Sequence record: NC_049946.1
Reading direction: 5' to 3' (one strand)
Source of the DNA: Escherichia phage 4A7
Length of the DNA: 49,168 nt
Positions 39,813 through 49,070 of this stretch are shown piece after piece. Every line of letters begins with the position of its first letter. Position 1 is the first letter of the stretch. Made by a program: the position numbers and the translations under genes. The notes beneath the pieces were generated by a model. The model did no database searches, was not told the DNA's origin, and saw nothing but the letters and a program-made list of their open reading frames with translations.

Positions 39813-41339
39813 ATGAAAAAAGCCATAGCATATATGCGATTTTCATCACCAGGTCAGATGTCTGGTGATTCATTAAACCGCCAGAGAAGGCTTATTACTG
39901 AATGGCTAAAGGTAAATAGTGATTATTACCTTGATACCGTAACGTATGAAGATTTGGGGTTAAGCGCATTCAATGGAAAGCATGCACAATCAGGAGCTTT
40001 TTCGGAATTTTTAGATGCTATAGAACATGGTTACATATTGCCAGGGACTACATTGTTAGTTGAAAGTCTGGACAGACTTTCAAGAGAAAAAGTCGGTGAA
40101 GCGATTGAGCGTCTGAAATTGATTTTGAATCACGGTATTGATGTTATAACTCTTTGCGATAATACAGTCTATAATATAGACTCATTGAATGAGCCATATT
40201 CATTAATAAAAGCCATACTTATAGCACAAAGGGCAAATGAAGAAAGCGAGATAAAGTCAAGTCGGGTTAAATTATCATGGAAGAAAAAACGGCAGGATGC
40301 ACTGGAATCAGGCACGATTATGACGGCGTCTTGTCCGAGATGGCTCTCATTGGATGACAAAAGAACAGCTTTTATTCCAGACCCCGACAGGGTGAAAACG
40401 ATTGAGCTAATTTTTAAACTCAGGATGGAAAGGCGATCATTGAATGCAATAGCTAAGTATTTAAATGATCATGCTGTAAAAAATTTTTCAGGAAAAGAAA
40501 GTGCATGGGGGCCTTCTGTAATTGAAAAATTATTAGCGAATAAAGCTCTGATAGGTATATGCGTACCTTCATATCGTGCAAGAGGGAAAGGGATAAGTGA
40601 AATCGCTGGCTATTATCCCAGAGTCATATCAGATGATTTGTTTTACGCTGTACAGGAAATTCGGTTGGCACCTTTTGGTATTAGCAATAGTAGCAAGAAT
40701 CCTATGCTAATAAATCTACTTCGAACAGTTATGAAGTGTGAGGCTTGTGGTAATACCATGATTGTTCATGCGGTATCTGGACGTTTGCATGGCTATTATG
40801 TTTGTCCGATGAGAAGATTACATCGATGTGACAGGCCATCAATAAAAAGAGATTTGGTTGATTATAATATCATTAATGAATTGCTTTTTAATTGTAGCAA
40901 AATTCAACCAGTTGAAAACAAGAAAGATGCTAATGAAACTTTAGAGTTAAAAATTATTGAGCTTCAGATGAAAATTAATAATTTAATCGTTGCATTGTCT
41001 GTCGCGCCTGAAGTTACCGCTATAGCAGAGAAAATAAGACTATTAGATAAGGAATTACGAAGGGCTTCGGTATCATTAAAAACTTTGAAGAGTAAAGGGG
41101 TGAGTTCACTTGGTGATTTTCATGCTATTGATTTAACCAGTAAAAATGGGCGAGAGCTATGTCGTACACTTGCCTATAAAATATTCGAAAAAATTATAAT
41201 TAATACAGATAATAAAACCTGTGATATCTATTTTATGAATGGCATTGTTTTTAAACACTATCCTTTAATGAAAGTAATATCCGCCCAGCAGGCGATAAGT
41301 ACTCTTAAATATATGGTTGATGGTGAGGTTTATTTTTGA
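39813..41339 (+). CDS. ybcK: large serine recombinase (YbcK-like)
   Basis: 508 aa; N-terminal resolvase/invertase catalytic domain (AIAYMRFSSPGQ...SLNRQ), central recombinase domain, Cys-rich zinc ribbon (CEACGN...CPMRRLHRC) and C-terminal coiled coil; AT-rich. Confidence 0.85.
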   Translation: MKKAIAYMRFSSPGQMSGDSLNRQRRLITEWLKVNSDYYLDTVTYEDLGLSAFNGKHAQSGAFSEFLDAIEHGYILPGTTLLVESLDRLSREKVGEAIERLKLILNHGIDVITLCDNTVYNIDSLNEPYSLIKAILIAQRANEESEIKSSRVKLSWKKKRQDALESGTIMTASCPRWLSLDDKRTAFIPDPDRVKTIELIFKLRMERRSLNAIAKYLNDHAVKNFSGKESAWGPSVIEKLLANKALIGICVPSYRARGKGISEIAGYYPRVISDDLFYAVQEIRLAPFGISNSSKNPMLINLLRTVMKCEACGNTMIVHAVSGRLHGYYVCPMRRLHRCDRPSIKRDLVDYNIINELLFNCSKIQPVENKKDANETLELKIIELQMKINNLIVALSVAPEVTAIAEKIRLLDKELRRASVSLKTLKSKGVSSLGDFHAIDLTSKNGRELCRTLAYKIFEKIIINTDNKTCDIYFMNGIVFKHYPLMKVISAQQAISTLKYMVDGEVYF

Positions 41340-41624
41340 GTAATAATCACTTTTTCAACCGTGCTATGGTATGAAAGTAAAGTAACTAATATGATATTAA
41401 CTATCTTGAACGAAGCGCCCTGAGCTATAGTTTTACTATAGGCACTGTCACTGGATGTTGGCATTCTTGCTCTAGTAGCTCAACAATACCCAATCACAAA
41501 ACAATTCACTGATAACAAACTTTGTGCACGTGCTTGGTTATGGCGAACAGGTGATGTTAACCTCTTGCCAGAATGCCACTCCACTTCATTAAGTATCTGA
41601 GCACCGAGAGGCTGGTCACGCCCC

Positions 41625-41639
41625 CATTAAAAATAATTT
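41625..41639. repeat. 15-bp direct repeat CATTAAAAATAATTT, right copy
   Basis: Perfect match to 39552-39566. Confidence 0.5.
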
Positions 41640-41663
41640 CTTTTGAATCGAGTGAAATAGGTT

Positions 41664-41690
41664 AGCCCGCATAAGTGCGGGCTGCTTTTT
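41664..41690 (+). terminator. intrinsic terminator between convergent ybcK-side and esterase genes
   Basis: Stem AGCCCGC/GCGGGCT with loop ATAAG, followed by GCTTTTT. Confidence 0.55.
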
Positions 41691-42732
41691 ACAGGTCAGC
41701 GTTTGTTTTTTGTTGTTGGGTAGCGGTTTTTATGGGGGTTCCCAGGTTTTTAGTAAACCACTCAACAACTCTGTTTATAATAATTGGCTGATACCATGTA
41801 TTATCGCCATGCTCGGCCCCTTCTACCAGCACGTACTCAGCGTTATCACCGTTCTTCTTCAACATCCTGAATAGTTTGGCGCTTTGCTCAGGTGAAACCA
41901 GAGTGTCTTTGCTACCATGCATAATAAGAAATGGGGGTTTTACTCCTTTCATATGTCCGATTGGACTGGCGTTTAGCGCTTTTTCTTTTGACGCTGTGAT
42001 GGGGGCTCCCGCAAAATTTCTGAATGCAGGGCCATTGATCATTAAGGCTTCGGTTACGGCAGGAGAGCGATGAACCTCCTGCACTGATTCAGGGAACCCC
42101 TCGCCAATATTCAACAAGTCAGAAATCCCATAAAGTGTGGCAACTGCCTGAACATCTGAGGATTGCTGAAGAAAGTCACCTTTATCAAAGGTTTTGTCAC
42201 CATTTGTAGTTCCCATCATCTGGGCAAGCCATCCACCGGCAGAGTCACCCAGAACTCCGATTCTTTGAGGATCAATCCCATAATTGCTGGCATGCTCTCT
42301 CAGGTAACGTATTGCAGCTTTTCCATCCTCAACTGGTGCTGGAAATGTATCAGGAATTGTTCTGTATTCTACAGCGGCCACAACAAAACCAGCTTCTGCC
42401 AGAGCCATTCTCATTTCAATAAATTTGTCATGTTCAGAAGACATGAATCCGCCGCCGGGATAATAAATAATGGCTGGTTTTAAATCATTTGTTCGCGGGA
42501 CAAGAACTGACATGTGAAGCTGTCTGACAGAACGAGTTCCTTTTATCTGGGAATAAACAACATCACCAATGAGATCGACCTGGTTTCTGGTCGGTGAAAC
42601 ACTAATGATATCTGCACCCGGGGTGTAACCAGGAAGATTAGTCTGGACAGGTGTTGCACAACTCCCGACCGACATGGCCATTGACATACCATACAATAGT
42701 GTTGCAGATGATAATATCTTGTTAATTTTCAT
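41689..42732 (-). CDS. alpha/beta-hydrolase fold esterase/lipase, probable lipoprotein
   Basis: 347 aa; signal peptide with lipobox-like VGSC; HSL-family motifs YYPGGGF and GDSAGG (nucleophile elbow GxSxG); C-terminal His. Confidence 0.7.
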   Translation of the reverse strand: MKINKILSSATLLYGMSMAMSVGSCATPVQTNLPGYTPGADIISVSPTRNQVDLIGDVVYSQIKGTRSVRQLHMSVLVPRTNDLKPAIIYYPGGGFMSSEHDKFIEMRMALAEAGFVVAAVEYRTIPDTFPAPVEDGKAAIRYLREHASNYGIDPQRIGVLGDSAGGWLAQMMGTTNGDKTFDKGDFLQQSSDVQAVATLYGISDLLNIGEGFPESVQEVHRSPAVTEALMINGPAFRNFAGAPITASKEKALNASPIGHMKGVKPPFLIMHGSKDTLVSPEQSAKLFRMLKKNGDNAEYVLVEGAEHGDNTWYQPIIINRVVEWFTKNLGTPIKTATQQQKTNADL

Positions 42733-43179
42733 GTTTTACATGCCTTGACTTATCGGATGAAATTCTCTTACTGAATTTAACGGCAGTTTAATAGCCGTAC
42801 AACTCGTGGTAGCCAGGGAAATATCCCAGTCGTGGTTAAGGTTGTACTTGACGGCTATTATTTCAACAATGCTTAAAGTGAGAGCTTAAGGTTATGCGTA
42901 TGTTTTACAGTCCGAGTAGATTCTGACCAATAGCTTCTTTGTATAATTCTGTCAGAAATAAATCTTGGCTTGCATGAAGTTTGAGACCTTATCTTGTTTG
43001 ATTATGAATAATCAATTCGCCATAATTGTATCACCGGAGCCTGAACAACTCCGGTGACTTCTGCGCTAAACGGGGACGTTTATGCGCACACACAATCCAA
43101 ACTCTCTTCTCCCTTCACAGATGCAGAAATGCACCTGCGTTTTTTTGCATCCAGCGTCTGACCTCTGTGGAGGTGAAGC

Positions 43180-43635
43180 GTGAACCTACCACAAGATGGC
43201 ATCAAACTGCATCGCGGTAACTTCATCGCTATCGGCCAGCAGATCCAGCCTTATCTGGAGGACGGAAAATGCTTTCGCATGGTGCTTAAACCGTGGCGTG
43301 AGAAACGCAGTCTTTCCCAGAATGCACTCAGCCATATGTGGTACAGCGAAATCAGTGAATACCTCATCAGCAGGGGGAAATCGTTCGCTACCGCAGCATG
43401 GGTAAAAGATGCTCTCAAACACACATACCTCGGTTATGAAACCAAGGACCTGGTTGATGTCGTAACCGGCGAAATCACTACTATCCAGTCGTTACGCCAT
43501 ACCTCCGATCTTGATACCGGAGAGATGTATGTCTTCCTGTGTAAGGTTGAAGCCTGGGCGATGAATATTGGCTGCCACCTGACTATTCCGCAGAGCTGCG
43601 AGTTCCAGCTGCTGCGCGACAAGCAGGAGGCGTAA
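43180..43635 (+). CDS. ybcN: YbcN-like nin-region protein
   Basis: 151 aa, matches DLP12 YbcN as recalled ([15 protein letters not shown]...). GTG start follows a GGAGG RBS. Confidence 0.75.
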   Translation: MNLPQDGIKLHRGNFIAIGQQIQPYLEDGKCFRMVLKPWREKRSLSQNALSHMWYSEISEYLISRGKSFATAAWVKDALKHTYLGYETKDLVDVVTGEITTIQSLRHTSDLDTGEMYVFLCKVEAWAMNIGCHLTIPQSCEFQLLRDKQEA

Positions 43636-43805
43636 TGGCTACACCGCTTATTCGTGTCATGAACGGACACATCTACAAAGTACCAAATCGTCGTAAGCGT
43701 AAACCTGAGCTGAAGCCATCCGAAATACCAACACTGCTCGGGTATACCGCCAGCCTGGTTGATAAAAAATGGTTGCGACTGGCAGCAAGGAGGAATCATG
43801 GCTGA
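43635..43805 (+). CDS. ninE: NinE-like small protein
   Basis: 56-aa basic ORF ([27 protein letters not shown]...), not in the supplied ORF track; coupled by overlaps to ybcN (TAATG) and ybcO. Confidence 0.55.
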   Translation: MATPLIRVMNGHIYKVPNRRKRKPELKPSEIPTLLGYTASLVDKKWLRLAARRNHG

Positions 43806-44088
43806 TTTGAGAAAAGCAGCGCGTGGTCGGGAATGCCAGGTAAGAATCCCTGGCGTATGTAATGGCAATCCTGAAACGTCAGTACTGGCACATATCCGGC
43901 TGGCTGGATTGTGCTGTACCGGTATCAAACCGCCAGACCTGATTGCCACCATTGCATGTTCTGCCTGCCACGACGAAATCGACCGTCGCACGCATTTTGT
44001 TGACGCTGGATATGCAAAAGAATGCGCGCTGGAAGGTATGGCGAGAACACAGGTTATCTGGTTGAAAGAGGGGGTTATTGAGGCGTGA
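43798..44088 (+). CDS. ybcO: YbcO-like protein (DUF1364-type nin gene, Cys-rich)
   Basis: From [28 protein letters not shown] onward it matches DLP12 YbcO as recalled; ATG at 43798 is internal to the listed ORF. Confidence 0.8.
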   Translation: MADLRKAARGRECQVRIPGVCNGNPETSVLAHIRLAGLCCTGIKPPDLIATIACSACHDEIDRRTHFVDAGYAKECALEGMARTQVIWLKEGVIEA

Positions 44089-44447
44089 ATACCTACAGCA
44101 TCACATTACCCTGGCCGCCGAGCAATAATCGCTATTACCGCCATAATCGCGGACGCACGCATATCAGCGCAGAGGGGCAGGCATACCGCGATAATGTCGC
44201 CCGAATCATTAAAAACGCAATGCTGGATATCGGCCTGGCTATTCCTGTGAAAATCAGCATTGAGTGCCACATGCCGGATCGCCGTCGCCGTGACCTTGAT
44301 AATCTGCAAAAGGCCGCTTTTGACGCACTCACCAAAGCAGGTTTCTGGCTGGATGATGCTCAGGTCGTTGATTACCGCGTTGTGAAGATGCCCGTTACCA
44401 AAGGTGGGAAGCTGGAGCTGACTATCACTGAACTGGGAGATGAATGA
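44085..44447 (+). CDS. rusA: Holliday junction resolvase RusA
   Basis: 120 aa, matches E. coli RusA as recalled ([26 protein letters not shown]...[25 protein letters not shown]). Confidence 0.9.
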   Translation: MNTYSITLPWPPSNNRYYRHNRGRTHISAEGQAYRDNVARIIKNAMLDIGLAIPVKISIECHMPDRRRRDLDNLQKAAFDALTKAGFWLDDAQVVDYRVVKMPVTKGGKLELTITELGDE

Positions 44448-44584
44448 TGTTTGAGTCTTATATGGCAGAGCGTCTTCGCCGCCGCTGGGTGCGCCTGCGC
44501 TTATATCGTTTTCCTGGTTCTGTTTTGACCGATTACCGAATACTGAAGAATTACGCCAAAACCCTGACAGGAGCAGGAGTATGA
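44444..44584 (+). CDS. ylcG: YlcG-like small protein
   Basis: 46-aa ORF overlapping the rusA stop (ATGATG), in the DLP12 position between rusA and Q; not in the ORF track. Confidence 0.5.
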   Translation: MMFESYMAERLRRRWVRLRLYRFPGSVLTDYRILKNYAKTLTGAGV

Positions 44585-44669
44585 AGTCAGAGATAACAAT
44601 CAACTAATACTGTTTTGTTGATTTTTGCTTGTAATTGGCGTTCTGGTCTGATTTTTGTGGAGTAAGTTG

Positions 44670-45053
44670 ATGCGTGATATTCAGATGGTTCTTGAGCGTT
44701 GGGGAGCGTGGGCGGCTAATAATCATGAAGATGTGACCTGGTCGTCCGTTGCCGCCGGTTTTAAGGGATTAATTCCTTCAAAAGTAAAATCTCGCCCGCA
44801 ATGTTGTGACGATGACGCGATGATCATTTGCGGGTGCATGGCCCGTCTGAAAAAGAACAACAGCGATTTACACGATTTATTAGTAGATTATTATGTATGT
44901 GGTATGACATTCATGTCACTGGCAAGTAAGCATTGCTGCTCGGATGGTTATATCGGGAAAAGGTTACAGAAGGCTGAGGGCATAATTGAAGGGATGTTAA
45001 TGGCATTAGATATCCGGTTAGATATGGATATCGTTGCTAATAATTCTAATTGA
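44670..45053 (+). CDS. Q: late-gene antiterminator Q (phage 82 / DLP12 QuuD type)
   Basis: From [24 protein letters not shown] onward it matches QuuD as recalled; Cys-rich zinc site ([12 protein letters not shown]). Confidence 0.85.
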   Translation: MRDIQMVLERWGAWAANNHEDVTWSSVAAGFKGLIPSKVKSRPQCCDDDAMIICGCMARLKKNNSDLHDLLVDYYVCGMTFMSLASKHCCSDGYIGKRLQKAEGIIEGMLMALDIRLDMDIVANNSN

Positions 45054-45190
45054 TATGCAATTGTTTACTAAAAGTTATTAAAAATGGGGCGTGGAAACGC
45101 CCCCAAAATAAAGGGTAATATATAACAGAAGGTTTATATAGTAAGAAGCAAGGTAGTGCTTCTAAAGGAAGTGGCTTGAGGGCTCCACTT

Positions 45191-45230
45191 ATATGTTGCG
45201 GAGGCAAAGCCTCCCGCAACATATCTTTTT
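45191..45230 (+). terminator. strong intrinsic terminator ~140 nt downstream of Q (tR' candidate)
   Basis: ~15-bp stem ATATGTTGCGGAGGC/GCCTCCCGCAACATAT with loop AAA, followed by CTTTTT; the spacing from Q fits the lambdoid pR'-6S RNA-tR' arrangement. Confidence 0.6.
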
Positions 45231-45241
45231 CGTAAGTCAGA

Positions 45242-46324
45242 TTAGAACTGATAAACCAGACCTACAGCGACGATGTCGTCGGTATCAATACCAGCTGTTT
45301 TGGTAAACTTACTATCGTCAATTAAGTTGATTTTGTAATCAACAAAAGTGGACATGTTTTTATTAAAGTAGTAAGTAGCACCGACATCGACATACTTGAC
45401 TAAGTCTCGGTCACCATGAACACCAAGGTCTTTACCTTTTGACTGAAGGTAAGCAACAGATGGTCGCAGACCGAAGTCAAACTGATATTGTGCTACTGCT
45501 TCAAAGTTTTGTGCTTTGTTTGCAATATGGTTATTACCAAAAACGGTCATATTCTGAGTTTCAGAATATGTGGTAGCCAGATAGATATTGTTCGCATCAT
45601 ATTTCAGGCCTGCAGCCCATACTTCCGCATTTTTGCCGGAGGCATTGAATTTGCTCTTACCATAGGCGACCTGACCGTCAGTGCGATCTGATTTAGCATA
45701 GGTTGCACCCACGCCGAATCCTTCATACTCATAAGTAGTGGAGAAACCGAAACCATCACCATTGACTTCAGTTACGTCAGTGCGGTCATTTTTACCCTGA
45801 TACTGAGCAGCAAAGTTCAGGCCATCGACCAGACCAAAGAAGTCGTTGTTACGATAAGTTGCAACACCAGTAGTGCGACCAGTCATGAACACATCTGTTT
45901 GGGTCCAGGTATCACCACCGAATTCTGGCAGGACGTCAGTCCACGCACCGATGTCGTATGCTACACCGTAGTTACGGCCGTAATCGATTGAGCCGTAATC
46001 ACCAAATTTCAGGCCTGCAAATGCAAGACGGGTTTTGTCTTTGGAAGAACCTTGAGATTCAGCACGGTTGCCTTTGAATTCATATTCCCACTGACCGAAA
46101 CCAGTCAGTTGATCGTTGATTTGGGTTTCACCTTTGAAGCCAAGACGGGCATAAGTAGTATCACCATCATCTGCATCATTAGAGGAGAAGTAGTGCTTGG
46201 CATTAACTTTCCCGTATAGATCCAGCTTGTTACTGTCTTTATTATAAATTTCAGCTGCCTGAGCAGACATCGCCATCAGTACTGATGCAGCTACAGCAGA
46301 AATTGCCACTGTTAATTTTTTCAT
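45242..46324 (-). CDS. nmpC: OmpC/OmpF-family general porin (NmpC / Lc-like phage porin)
   Basis: 360 aa; signal peptide [23 protein letters not shown], porin motifs ([35 protein letters not shown]) and a C-terminal Phe. Confidence 0.9.
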   Translation of the reverse strand: MKKLTVAISAVAASVLMAMSAQAAEIYNKDSNKLDLYGKVNAKHYFSSNDADDGDTTYARLGFKGETQINDQLTGFGQWEYEFKGNRAESQGSSKDKTRLAFAGLKFGDYGSIDYGRNYGVAYDIGAWTDVLPEFGGDTWTQTDVFMTGRTTGVATYRNNDFFGLVDGLNFAAQYQGKNDRTDVTEVNGDGFGFSTTYEYEGFGVGATYAKSDRTDGQVAYGKSKFNASGKNAEVWAAGLKYDANNIYLATTYSETQNMTVFGNNHIANKAQNFEAVAQYQFDFGLRPSVAYLQSKGKDLGVHGDRDLVKYVDVGATYYFNKNMSTFVDYKINLIDDSKFTKTAGIDTDDIVAVGLVYQF

Positions 46325-46751
46325 TGTACGCCCTTTTTTTTGAACTATTATTAAAAAATGATGTCACTGCGCGATAAATATTCATCTAATCAATGCGATT
46401 ATTTCAAGATGTAAGTTTTAGTTTCTCATTTAATTTGTGAAGTAGATCTCTATTTTTATCTGAACCTTTTCTATCTAATCCTATTCATGGCTCTTGTTTG
46501 AACGAAAATAAATCTATTAGCTAATTTATATTAATGGCACTTATTTATAAGCGCTCTATAATTCTTTAGCTTAATTTAAACAAACTAAAAATAACATCGG
46601 AAATTATTCATTGGTTATTTGTTGAAGTTTTCTTATGTATTTGTGGTGGTGTTTTGAACACTCGGTGGCATTCTCACAAATATCATTTAGTAGTTTACGT
46701 ACGTAAAAAATTGGTTATGCTGTTAAGAGTGGTTACTTCGTCACACAGCTT

Positions 46752-46784
46752 AAACCCGCCGTCGAGCGGGTTTTTCCATTTTTT
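46752..46784 (+). terminator. intrinsic terminator upstream of the lysis cassette
   Basis: Stem AACCCGC/GCGGGTT with loop CGTCGA, followed by TTTCCATTTTTT. Confidence 0.5.
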
Positions 46785-46913
46785 GAGTCTCGATATTAGC
46801 TGATAACCCAATACCTGAGTTATTCACTGACTCCGAATCTGTTACGTTTCTGCCTTTATTGCGATACGTAGTATCCCCTTAATTTACACCCGCTTTGTCT
46901 GCGAGGTGGGGTT

Positions 46914-47129
46914 ATGAAATCCATGGATAAGTTAACAACGGGTGTCGCCTATGGCACCTCAGCAGGTAGTGCCGGGTACTGGTTTTTACAGTTGCTCGAT
47001 AAAGTCACGCCCTCACAGTGGGCGGCAATAGGTGTGCTGGGTAGTCTGGTATTTGGCTTGCTGACGTATCTGACAAACCTTTATTTCAAGATTAAAGAAG
47101 ATAAGCGTAAGGCTGCGAGAGGTGAATAA
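46914..47129 (+). CDS. S: class II holin / pinholin (phage 21 S-like, dual start Met1/Met4)
   Basis: 71 aa, matches S21 as recalled (MKSMDK...[17 protein letters not shown]...[11 protein letters not shown]...[11 protein letters not shown]...RKAARGE). Confidence 0.9.
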
Positions 47130-47626
47130 TGTCGCCATCATTACGCAAGGCTATTGCTGCTGCTATTGGTGGTGGGGCTGTTGCCATAGCGTCTGTGCTC
47201 ATCACTGGTCCGAGTGGTGACGATGGCCTGGAAGGTGTCAGCTACATACCATACAAAGATATCGTTGGCGTATGGACTGTATGTCACGGACACACCGGAA
47301 AAGACATCATGCTCGGTAAAACGTATACCGAAGCAGAATGCAAAGCCCTCCTGAATAAAGACCTTGCCACTGTCGCCAGACAAATTAACCCGTACATCAA
47401 AGTCGATATACCGGAAACAACGCGCGGCGCTCTTTACTCGTTCGTTTACAACGTGGGCGCTGGCAATTTCAGAACATCGACGCTTCTTCGCAAAATAAAC
47501 CAGGGCGATATCAAAGGCGCATGTGATCAGCTACGGCGCTGGACATACGCTGGCGGTAAGCAATGGAAAGGGCTGATGACTCGCCGTGAGATTGAGCGTG
47601 AAGTCTGTTTGTGGGGGCAACAATGA
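47129..47626 (+). CDS. R: SAR endolysin (T4-lysozyme-like muramidase, R21 type)
   Basis: N-terminal signal-anchor-release segment ([18 protein letters not shown]); lysozyme motifs (EG...YIPYKD..G.WT.C.GHTG); follows the pinholin. Confidence 0.9.
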   Translation: MSPSLRKAIAAAIGGGAVAIASVLITGPSGDDGLEGVSYIPYKDIVGVWTVCHGHTGKDIMLGKTYTEAECKALLNKDLATVARQINPYIKVDIPETTRGALYSFVYNVGAGNFRTSTLLRKINQGDIKGACDQLRRWTYAGGKQWKGLMTRREIEREVCLWGQQ

Positions 47627-48066
47627 GCAGAGTAACCGCGATTATCTCCGCTCTGGTTATCTGCATCATCGTCTGCCTGTCATGGGCTGTTAATCATTAC
47701 CGTGATAACGCCATCGCCTACAAAGAGCAGCGCGACAAAGCCGCATCTACTATCGCTGACATGCAGAAGCGTCAACGTGATGTAGCAGAACTCGACGCCA
47801 GATACACAAAGGAGCTTGCTGATGCTAACGCGACTATCGAAAGTCTACGTGCTGATGTTTTTGCTGGTCGTAAGTGGCTGCGCGTCAAAGCAGTCTGTCC
47901 GGACATGCATAAAACCACCGCCGCCTCCGGCGTGGATGATGGTGCCAGCCCCAGACTTACTGACACCGCTCAACGGGATTATTTCGTTCTCAGAGAGCGC
48001 ATCGAAACCGTAACTAACCAATTGAATGGTCTGCAAGAGTATGTGAGATCACAGTGTTCATATTAG
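47623..48066 (+). CDS. Rz: i-spanin Rz
   Basis: From [31 protein letters not shown] onward it resembles lambda Rz as recalled; ATGA overlap with R. Confidence 0.85.
   Translation: MSRVTAIISALVICIIVCLSWAVNHYRDNAIAYKEQRDKAASTIADMQKRQRDVAELDARYTKELADANATIESLRADVFAGRKWLRVKAVCPDMHKTTAASGVDDGASPRLTDTAQRDYFVLRERIETVTNQLNGLQEYVRSQCSY
47816..48013 (+). CDS. Rz1: o-spanin Rz1 (lipoprotein, embedded in Rz in the +1 frame)
   Basis: Lipobox LVVSGC, then a proline-rich segment ([15 protein letters not shown]...TPLNGII) as in lambda Rz1; lies entirely within Rz. Confidence 0.7.
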   Translation: MLMLTRLSKVYVLMFLLVVSGCASKQSVRTCIKPPPPPAWMMVPAPDLLTPLNGIISFSESASKP

Positions 48067-48104
48067 AAAAGTCTTATCATAAGATTTTTGTATATGGATG
48101 CATT

Positions 48105-48479
48105 ATGTCTCAATACGCTCAAGCCGCTTTAAATGCTTATCAATTGGTTGCTCATAACTCAATGTCTCCTCGTGATGCATGGGAGGCTGCTGTCGCTGAG
48201 GTTACAGAAAGCGAATCGGCAAGAAAGAAGGGATGCCCAAGGGCAACGTTTCTCGCTCTGGCGGATAGCGGTTATCTGAAGAATGTAAAACAACATCATG
48301 GGGAGAAAAAGATCGGTAAGTTGTACCAAAGGGCAATTGAAGTTGCGAATCTGATTCTTGATTTACCCGGAATTAGCAAAGCTGAGCTAGTTGATAAAAC
48401 TTGCTATAAAGACAGGCAAGGGTCTTATGACATTGCTCTAACTCTCGCTCAGCACGGATTACTCCAGCGTCCTCAATAA
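48105..48479 (+). CDS. hypothetical protein in the bor-equivalent position
   Basis: ORF downstream of Rz followed by a terminator; ATG at 48105 (the listed ORF starts at a GTG inside Rz at 48054); no recognised homologue. Confidence 0.4.
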   Translation: MSQYAQAALNAYQLVAHNSMSPRDAWEAAVAEVTESESARKKGCPRATFLALADSGYLKNVKQHHGEKKIGKLYQRAIEVANLILDLPGISKAELVDKTCYKDRQGSYDIALTLAQHGLLQRPQ

Positions 48480-48497
48480 GATATTAAGTGATTTATG

Positions 48498-48521
48498 GCC
48501 TCGCTTTTAGCGGGGCTTTTT
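48498..48521 (+). terminator. intrinsic terminator after the bor-position ORF
   Basis: Stem GCCTCGC/GCGGGGC (one G-U pair) with loop TTTTA, followed by TTTTT. Confidence 0.45.
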
Positions 48522-48882
48522 CATATCTGAATCTCACCATGCATATCATCACCTGACTGGAACGTCAGGAGAATTCGTTACCGGGATTCGATAAAGGTAT
48601 TCAAGCCTGACACATTATGCGCTGTATCGTCGCCGTATTCCTGCATTAACCATGACCGTAGCCCGACGGGGAATTCCTTCTGCGCGAGTGTGCGGGAATA
48701 ATCAAAAACGATGCACACCGGGTTTTTACCGCGTTTATTATTCGCGGGTTTGTCCCTCATGCTCGCCAGTCCTGTGCGGGGGTGGAAGAAACAGGACGTG
48801 TATTCAGGTCTGTCAGATATTGAATTCATTGCGAATAAACCAGAACGCCTGCGGGTCCTTTCCGGCGATCCGACAGGTTACG

Positions 48883-48894
48883 GGGCGGCGACCT
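48883..48894 (+). other. cosN, the 12-nt cohesive-end sequence (lambda type); cosB extends to about 49070
   Basis: ...GATCCGACAGGTTACG|GGGCGGCGACCTCGCGG... matches the junction of the lambda right and left ends as recalled; located ~175 bp upstream of the nu1 start. Confidence 0.8.
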
Positions 48895-49070
48895 CGCGGT
48901 TTTTCACTATTTATGAAAATTTTTCAGGGAAAATCGTGTCGGTACTTCTCGAATATAACTTTTTGTTTTTTTTAATATTGCATTCGTAAAGGTCCGACAT
49001 GAAAGTGTCCGAAAATGCCTTTTTCTGGCGTTTTCATGTCGGGCCTTGTATTTGATAATGGGTTGTTTTC

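Noticed and set aside
45086-45103. Hairpin GGGGCGT-GGAA-ACGCCCC just after Q
   Set aside because: A stable stem, but not followed by a U-run, so not called a terminator. It may belong to the pR'/qut region, which I cannot assign from sequence alone.
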